Source of the DNA: Syntrophales bacterium
Lineage (GTDB): Bacteria > Desulfobacterota > Syntrophia > Syntrophales > UBA2210
Reading direction: 5' to 3'
Length of the DNA: 64,000 nucleotides
NCBI GenBank assembly: GCA_963666365.2
Contig: CAXXNF010000001.1
Location: 1,120,001 to 1,184,000, forward strand
Shown here: positions 57,815 through 64,000 of the stretch, piece after piece
How the letters are laid out: every line of letters begins with the position of its first letter
Numbering within the stretch: position 1 is the stretch's first letter
Program-made: the position numbers and the translations under genes
The notes under the pieces: model-generated
What the model saw: the letters and a program-made list of their open reading frames with translations, nothing else
Databases searched by the model: none
Told to the model about the DNA's origin: nothing

Positions 57815-60085
57815 ATGAACACCACTCACACTACCCACACACTCGGCACCTTTCTCGGTGTTTTCACGCCCACCATCCTGACGATTCTCGGTGTCATCAT
57901 GTACCTGCGCGTCGGCTGGCTGGTGGGACATCTGGGGTTGTACCGCATTATTATTATCGTCATACTGGCAAACGCCATCACGCTCATCACCACAATTTCC
58001 TTTTCGTCGGTGGCCACGAACATCCGGGTGGGAGTGGGCGGCGCCTACTATATTATATCGCGAAGCCTGGGACTCGAGATCGGCGGCGCTATCGGACTCC
58101 CTCTCTTTTTATCGCAAGTGTGTTCCGTTACGCTCTATGCCTTCGGTCTTGCTGAATCGCTTCGCTTTGTCTGGCCCGATATTCCCATCAAGACAGCCGC
58201 GTTCATTATCGTAATCGCCGTAGGGGTTCTCTCGATGGCCGGGGCGAGGCTTGCCCTGAAGATACAGATACCCATCATGGCCCTGATTGTGCTTTCGATT
58301 ACGGCGCTTACCGCCGGCGCCCTTTCCCAGGGCTGGGGGAAACCCTTTCCTCCGGATTATCATTCCGGCGATGTCGGTTTCTGGATGGGATTCGCCATTT
58401 TCTTTCCCGCCGTAACAGGAGTGATGGCGGGACTGGGCCTTTCGGGAGATTTAAAGAATCCGGGAAGGTCCATCCCCATTGGGGCACTGTCCGCCGTGCT
58501 TGCAGGATTTGCGATCTACCTTACCGTTCCCATTCTGCTTTTTGTCGGTGCCTCCGGTGAAGCACTTAAAAATAATGTGCTGATATGGACCGAGCTTGCC
58601 CCTCTTGGGGCCTGGGTCATTCTTCCGGGGCTGTGGGGAGCGATTTTTTCCTCCGCCGTGGGATCAATGCTGGGCGCGCCCAGGACGCTTCAGGCACTGG
58701 CGAAGGATCATCTGGCCCCTCGTTTTCTGGGATGGGCGACGGGCGACTGGAAAGAACTTGTGCCGGGACTGATCGTATCACTGATCATTGCCCTGGGAGC
58801 CGTCTTTCTCGGCAATCTGAACGCCGTGGCGACCGTGGTGACGGTGTTCTTTCTTACCACCTACGGGATGATCAATATCGTCGCCGCCCTTGAGACCTTG
58901 AGCGGCGACACCTCATGGCGGCCGAAACTGAAGGCGCCCTGGGCCGTCAACCTGGCCGGAGGCATCGCCTGTCTGGCAGTCATCTTCCTTATCAATGCCC
59001 CGGCCGGCGTTATTGCCATCCTTTTTGAGGTCATGCTCTGGCTTCTTCTTTCAAAGCGGCAGACAACGGCCCGCTGGGGCGACGCCCGGAGGGGAATTTA
59101 CGAATCCCTGGTGCGATGGGCGCTGCTCCGTCTGGCCCGGCGCCCCATGAGCGCCCGGAATTGGCGGCCCCATGTACTGGTCTTTGTATCAGACCCCCTG
59201 CAAAGTCTCGACCTGGTCCGGTTCGGCAACTGGTTCAGTCAGGGACGCGGCGTGGTCACCGTCTGTCACCTCATGGTGGGCGATCTTGTCCATGACGACA
59301 TTGATGTGATGGAAAAGCACGAGGAAATTCAACAACTCCTCGATGATGAGGGGCTTTCGGTATTCGCCGAGTTCAACCTGGTCAACAATATCGTCGAAGG
59401 CATCACCAATGTGTCTCAGGCAAACGGCATTGCAGGGATTGAGAGCAATACCATACTTGTGGGATGGCCACAGGAACGTCATTTCTTCGCCGATTTTCTT
59501 CGGGTCATGCGCCGTCTGGAAAAAATGAAAAAATCCTTCATCATCGGACGGATCAAACCCCGATATCTTTTCCCCCGTGAAGGGGTGGAGCGGACCATCC
59601 ACGTCTGGTGGGGCGGACTGAAATACAATGGCGATCTTATGCTGCTCCTGGCCTATCTGCTCACTCTCAATCAAGAGTGGCATGAAACAAAAATCGAGGT
59701 TCTCAGCATCGCCTCCAATGAGATGGCAAAGAGCGCAACCGAAAGTTATCTGGCAAAGCTGCTTGCTGAAATCCGCATCAAAGCGGACGCAAAAGTATTC
59801 GTGAAATCACCGGATACAACCATTCGCGACATGATTCACGAAAAAAGCACGGACGCCGAAGTCGTCGTATTCGGTCTCGCCGTCCCGGAAGAAGGAAAGG
59901 AAGACACCTACGTGGAGCGGCTGGAAGAACTGGCCGGAAACATTCCCGTCGTATTTTTTGTCAAAAATTCCAGCGTATTCATAGGCGAGCTGCTTCAGCC
60001 GAACGGCGAAGAGGAAACGGAGGGAGTCATTGTGGAGGAGTCTTCACCCACTGGCAGCGATCCGGGTCCCGAGAGTACAGATTGA
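57815..60085 (+). CDS. Cation-chloride cotransporter (CCC/SLC12-like, APC superfamily)
   Basis: LGTFLGVFTPTILTILGVIMYLR, GGAYYIISRSLG, FFPAVTG, LSGDLKNP, NWRPH and IHVWWGG. Confidence 0.9.
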   Translation: MNTTHTTHTLGTFLGVFTPTILTILGVIMYLRVGWLVGHLGLYRIIIIVILANAITLITTISFSSVATNIRVGVGGAYYIISRSLGLEIGGAIGLPLFLSQVCSVTLYAFGLAESLRFVWPDIPIKTAAFIIVIAVGVLSMAGARLALKIQIPIMALIVLSITALTAGALSQGWGKPFPPDYHSGDVGFWMGFAIFFPAVTGVMAGLGLSGDLKNPGRSIPIGALSAVLAGFAIYLTVPILLFVGASGEALKNNVLIWTELAPLGAWVILPGLWGAIFSSAVGSMLGAPRTLQALAKDHLAPRFLGWATGDWKELVPGLIVSLIIALGAVFLGNLNAVATVVTVFFLTTYGMINIVAALETLSGDTSWRPKLKAPWAVNLAGGIACLAVIFLINAPAGVIAILFEVMLWLLLSKRQTTARWGDARRGIYESLVRWALLRLARRPMSARNWRPHVLVFVSDPLQSLDLVRFGNWFSQGRGVVTVCHLMVGDLVHDDIDVMEKHEEIQQLLDDEGLSVFAEFNLVNNIVEGITNVSQANGIAGIESNTILVGWPQERHFFADFLRVMRRLEKMKKSFIIGRIKPRYLFPREGVERTIHVWWGGLKYNGDLMLLLAYLLTLNQEWHETKIEVLSIASNEMAKSATESYLAKLLAEIRIKADAKVFVKSPDTTIRDMIHEKSTDAEVVVFGLAVPEEGKEDTYVERLEELAGNIPVVFFVKNSSVFIGELLQPNGEEETEGVIVEESSPTGSDPGPESTD

Positions 60086-60127
60086 ACCTCACAATCAATT
60101 CGGTCGAAACAGCTTCCATTCTTCTAA

Positions 60128-60419
60128 AAAGCTCCCCATACCGACGGACCGGCATTACAGTGGAACGTACATGATGCCGGTATCACTTTTCTCGGCTGCA
60201 TTCTTTTTCAGTTGGCGCTGTTGAGAGGGATGGGGTGGTCCCCGGCTCAGACCGGTGTTCCGACCATGCAGCGTCTCGCGAAGCGGTCCCGGCGAGCTCG
60301 CCCTTCGCGCTCGAACAGCGTATCGGGAAAAAAGATTTTCGCGCAGAGGCGCAGGGGCGCTGAGGACAAGAGGAAATAAAAATTTTCTGCCTCTTGGCGT
60401 CTGCGGGAGAAAATGAATC
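60128..60419. repeat. Composite copy of the dispersed intergenic repeat
   Basis: 60128-60157 and 60370-60419 match 10678-10758; 60337-60413 matches 18745-18814. Confidence 0.65.
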
Positions 60420-60824
60420 TGTTGTGCAGAAGCCACTTGTGGATATTGCGATTGAGGCCCCTCTTCGCTCTCTACGGCGTCAATGAATTCCTGACCGGAA
60501 ACATCACATTCAGTGCCCACGACAGAAGTAAAATATCTCTTGCATCTACAAAAATTGAGAATAAAATATTAGTTATTCAAGCTGATTACAATCAGAGAGG
60601 TATCAAAGCTGCTCGGTGCCGGCAAGACCACCTTACAGTGACGTGCGCAGTGGCAAATGGATTTCTGAAAGGGCCGCAGCTACACTATGCATAGGATAAT
60701 ACTACTGCACTTACGTACTATGTATCGGGGAAGAAATCATTTATTGCGGGGACCTTTGGATTCAAGAAAACAAGGTCGATCATTTTTTGTCTTGACAGGT
60801 GTAACCAACCGTAAGAGGTGATGT

Positions 60825-63800
60825 ATGAAGACCACAACGCATACCTTCATAGTCGCATGGGTTATTACGGCGCTCCTGTTGGTCCACTCCTTGGCCTCCG
60901 GTGCGGTGTTGAACGCCCCGACGGGTCTGGCAAAGGTTGTGGGAAACGGTGAGATAAGTCTGGTCTGGGAGCCGGTTTCCGGGGCAACGGGCTATATTGT
61001 CTATAGGGGCGAGGCCAGCGCTGGCCCCTTCACCTTCGTCGCCCAGCCCCGTGGATCAGGGTTTACGGATCGAAACGTCAGCAACGGCTCCGCTTACTAT
61101 TACGTCGTCACGGCGCTCAACGCGGACGGCCAAAGTGCCTTTTCCCCGCCCCTGGAGGCGACCCCGACGACGTCGGTACTGAGGGCCCCCGGTAGCGTTG
61201 CCGCCATCGCCGGCAACGGCCGGATCTCGCTGACCTGGAGCCCTGTGACCTCCGCCGCCGCCTATAATGTCTACCGCGCATCGGCAAGCGGCGGTCCCTA
61301 CATACTGCTGACGACGCCCGCACTCGGCCCTTCTTACACTGACAGGGATCCAGCCAACGGAACGACCTATTTTTACGTGGTTCAGACCTGCAAGGCGAGC
61401 AGTTGCATCGCCGGCTCCGTCGGCGCCTATTCCGAGGAGATGCGTGCCACTCCGTCCTCGAAACTGCCCTCCGCGCCATCCGGACTGACCGCGATCCCTG
61501 GCAGCACCTGGGTAAGCTTGGCCTGGGACCCCCTGGAAGGCCTCACTGCACTGAACGAAGGTTCACCCCTCAATGCTCCCTCCTATGTGGTATCGGACGG
61601 CGCCTTTCTCTATGTGGTGACCGACAACGGCGCCAGGATACAGTCGCTCCCCATGGAGGGCGGCGCAGCCACAGTGCTGTACACGACCTCGGGAGCCCTG
61701 GCGCTCACCGTCCTGGACAATGACCTGTTCTGGATCGATCCCAACTCCGGTCCCTCTACGGACACCCAAATCTGGAAAGCGCCCAAGGACGGCAGCGGCG
61801 CTCCGACAGTTATCTACACTGAATCGGCGACGGGAAGCGGCTGGCTGGACAATGATGTGATCGACGGGACCGGAATCTGCAACGATGGCACCCGGCTGTA
61901 CGCGGCCGATGAGGTCCAGGGCCGTGTCGTGGCCTTCAACCAGGATGGCAGTGGCATGGTGCGTCTGGATGCGGGCCGCTACACCGGCGGTTTCGACACC
62001 GAGCGCCTCAACACCATCGCCTATGCCGACAACGGCCTCTATATCGCCGATAGCGGCAGAGAGGGGGTGGCCTCGCCGGGGGTCTATTTCCTCCCGGCGG
62101 CGGGCGGCGCCTTCGCGACGCTTCATTCGGGCGCGCCGCTCGTGACCCCGGTTGATATCGCCGTCGCGGCCGATTTTCTCTACATTGCAGACAGCGGGAT
62201 TAACACGATCTGGAAACTGCCCCGCAGCGGCGGAACTCCCACTGCCCTGCTTCCAGCCGGCACCTTCGTACAAATCGGCGGAATCACCCTTGCGGGCGAT
62301 ATCCTCTACGCCTCGGACAGGATTACCGGCCTGATCCACCGGATCGACACGATCACAACGGCGAACGGGGTCTCCGGCTATGCGGTTTACAGGGGAAACG
62401 CGAAGGGAGGACCCTACCAGTTCGTCGGCCTGTCGGAGACCACCCGGTTCGAGGAGATGGGCCTGACCAACGGGATTACCTATTATTACGTGGTGGCCGG
62501 GGTCAACGCCGACGGCCGGGGCGCCTTTTCAAACGAGGCCAGCGCCCTGGTCTCGGCGATCGAGCGTCCCCATACCCCCGCCTTGAACGCCGTCTGGGGG
62601 AACAGCGGGGCGGTGTGGCTTTCCTGGGACAGCCCCCCGGGGGCGGTCTCCTACAAGCTTTACCGGTCACAGACCCCGGACGATGGAAACCCCACCCTTC
62701 TGACCACTACGACCGAGCACGGCTATGACGATACGGGCCTCACCGACGGCGCCACCTACTATTACACGGTGGATGCCCTGAACGCCGCCTCCCCGCCGCT
62801 GACGGCCCGCTCGAACGTGGTCGCCGCCACGCCCGTAGCACTGCTTTCGGCACCGGGAGGCCTGCGTGTCACACCCGGCAACACCCAGGCCACCGTGACC
62901 TGGAACCCAGTTGCTGGCGCCTCTTCCTACTACGTGACCGTGGCGACCTCGTCTGGCGGCGAATGGACCGCAGCCAGCGGGCAGACCGCCAGCGCCCATT
63001 TCACGCTCCAGAGCTTGACCAACGGGCAGCCCTACTACATCCGGATCCAGGCAGGGGGAGGCAACTGGTCCGGCTACTCCGGGGAGGTCGTCGTCACTCC
63101 CGAGGACACCCGACCCCTCGCCCCCGCTAATATCTCTGCGACGGTGGGCAATCGTCAGGTTAGCGTCCGCTGGGACGCCGTGCCTCAGGCTACCGGCTAT
63201 CGCATCTACCGTCGGGCCTCCAACAGCGCCTGGCCGGTCGAGCCGATCGGCACCGCCACCGGGACTCTCTTTACCGATACGGGACTTGCCAATGGGATCC
63301 AGTATGATTATCTCGTCAGCGCTGTCAACGACACCGGCGAAGGAGCCTCTTCACCCTCCTATGCCTCCGCCGTTCCCAGCACCGCCTGTCTGACCCGGCC
63401 CGTCAATGTTCGGGTGATCCCCGGCACCACGGAGGCCACCGTAATCTGGGATCCCGTGGTGGACGCCACCAGCTATTACGTGACGGTCTCGACCTCCTCC
63501 GGCGGCGCCTGGGAGCCCTCCAGCGGACAGGTGAGCTGCACCCACTTCACCGCCGAGAACCTCACCAACGGCCAGACCTATTATTTCCGTGTCCAGGCAG
63601 GAGGCGCCAACTGGTCCGCCTTTTCCGAAGAGGTCAGCGCCACCCCCGCCTATGAACGCCCCCAGGCACCCACCAACCTGACGATAGATCTGGGCAACAC
63701 CCAGACCAGTATCCGATGGTCCGCTGTGGACGGCGCCTCGGACTACCAGGTGTTTCGCAGAATCAGCGGCGATCCCTGGCCGAGCGAACCGATCGCGGTC

Positions 63801-64000
63801 GTCACAGGAACACTTTTCACCGACACGGGGCTGATCAACGGTACGGTTTACGACTATGCCGTCGCCGCGGTCAATGACATCGGTGCAGAGGCCAGTGTCG
63901 GTGCCTGGTCCACAGTTCAGGTCTCCCTCTCCCCGACCGTCACGATGACCGACGCCCCGGTCAATGTGAAGGTCGTTCCCGGTAACACCCAGGCGACCGC
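60825..64000 (+). CDS. Large secreted fibronectin type III repeat protein, truncated by the window end
   Basis: Manual translation gives MKTTTHTFIVAWVITALLLVHSLASGAVLNAPTGL...LVWEPVSGATGYIVYR, with repeated P..L...GN....W...Y...D.GL.NG..YYY.V.A units. Frame spot-checked at several points to 64000. Absent from the ORF track, presumably because there is no stop codon. Confidence 0.9.
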   Translation, partial: MKTTTHTFIVAWVITALLLVHSLASGAVLNAPTGLAKVVGNGEISLVWEPVSGATGYIVYRGEASAGPFTFVAQPRGSGFTDRNVSNGSAYYYVVTALNADGQSAFSPPLEATPTTSVLRAPGSVAAIAGNGRISLTWSPVTSAAAYNVYRASASGGPYILLTTPALGPSYTDRDPANGTTYFYVVQTCKASSCIAGSVGAYSEEMRATPSSKLPSAPSGLTAIPGSTWVSLAWDPLEGLTALNEGSPLNAPSYVVSDGAFLYVVTDNGARIQSLPMEGGAATVLYTTSGALALTVLDNDLFWIDPNSGPSTDTQIWKAPKDGSGAPTVIYTESATGSGWLDNDVIDGTGICNDGTRLYAADEVQGRVVAFNQDGSGMVRLDAGRYTGGFDTERLNTIAYADNGLYIADSGREGVASPGVYFLPAAGGAFATLHSGAPLVTPVDIAVAADFLYIADSGINTIWKLPRSGGTPTALLPAGTFVQIGGITLAGDILYASDRITGLIHRIDTITTANGVSGYAVYRGNAKGGPYQFVGLSETTRFEEMGLTNGITYYYVVAGVNADGRGAFSNEASALVSAIERPHTPALNAVWGNSGAVWLSWDSPPGAVSYKLYRSQTPDDGNPTLLTTTTEHGYDDTGLTDGATYYYTVDALNAASPPLTARSNVVAATPVALLSAPGGLRVTPGNTQATVTWNPVAGASSYYVTVATSSGGEWTAASGQTASAHFTLQSLTNGQPYYIRIQAGGGNWSGYSGEVVVTPEDTRPLAPANISATVGNRQVSVRWDAVPQATGYRIYRRASNSAWPVEPIGTATGTLFTDTGLANGIQYDYLVSAVNDTGEGASSPSYASAVPSTACLTRPVNVRVIPGTTEATVIWDPVVDATSYYVTVSTSSGGAWEPSSGQVSCTHFTAENLTNGQTYYFRVQAGGANWSAFSEEVSATPAYERPQAPTNLTIDLGNTQTSIRWSAVDGASDYQVFRRISGDPWPSEPIAVVTGTLFTDTGLINGTVYDYAVAAVNDIGAEASVGAWSTVQVSLSPTVTMTDAPVNVKVVPGNTQAT

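Overview
A mostly GC-rich bacterial window whose gene content suggests an anaerobic, fatty-acid or alcohol-metabolising deltaproteobacterium-like organism (inferred from gene families only). In order: (1) the end of an IS200/IS605 element that interrupts a branched-chain-type ABC substrate-binding gene. (2) An acyl-CoA catabolic cluster: CoA ligase, three tandem carboxyltransferases (one frameshifted in a C-tract), a nitronate-monooxygenase/FabK-like enzyme, and an acyl-CoA dehydrogenase with a winged-helix-like tail. (3) EmrAB efflux, a CoA-substrate activase, TetR, MscS, an enoyl-CoA hydratase, YgiQ and an FAD oxidoreductase. (4) An AT-rich, cleanly bounded 7,998-bp Mu-like transposable element (25407-33404) with a CCGAT target duplication and TATAG...CTATA ends. 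It carries a repressor, Ner, MuA, MuB, a Mor-like HTH protein, a C4-like structured RNA, a protein with three repeats resembling a Mu-type capsid-scaffold C-terminal motif, and two 71-nt structured repeats, but no virion genes. This element is the best candidate for an undescribed system, a putative satellite of transposable phages. (5) nrdJ with tandem NrdR boxes. (6) Two giant secreted proteins sharing a C-terminal dockerin-like tag, one bracketed by IHF-site palindromes. (7) TrpR-like regulator, HU, DinG, a GNAT-deacetylase fusion, an adh-aor pair, a cation-chloride cotransporter, and the start of a large FN3-repeat protein missing from the ORF track. No CRISPR array, tRNA or rRNA was recognised.
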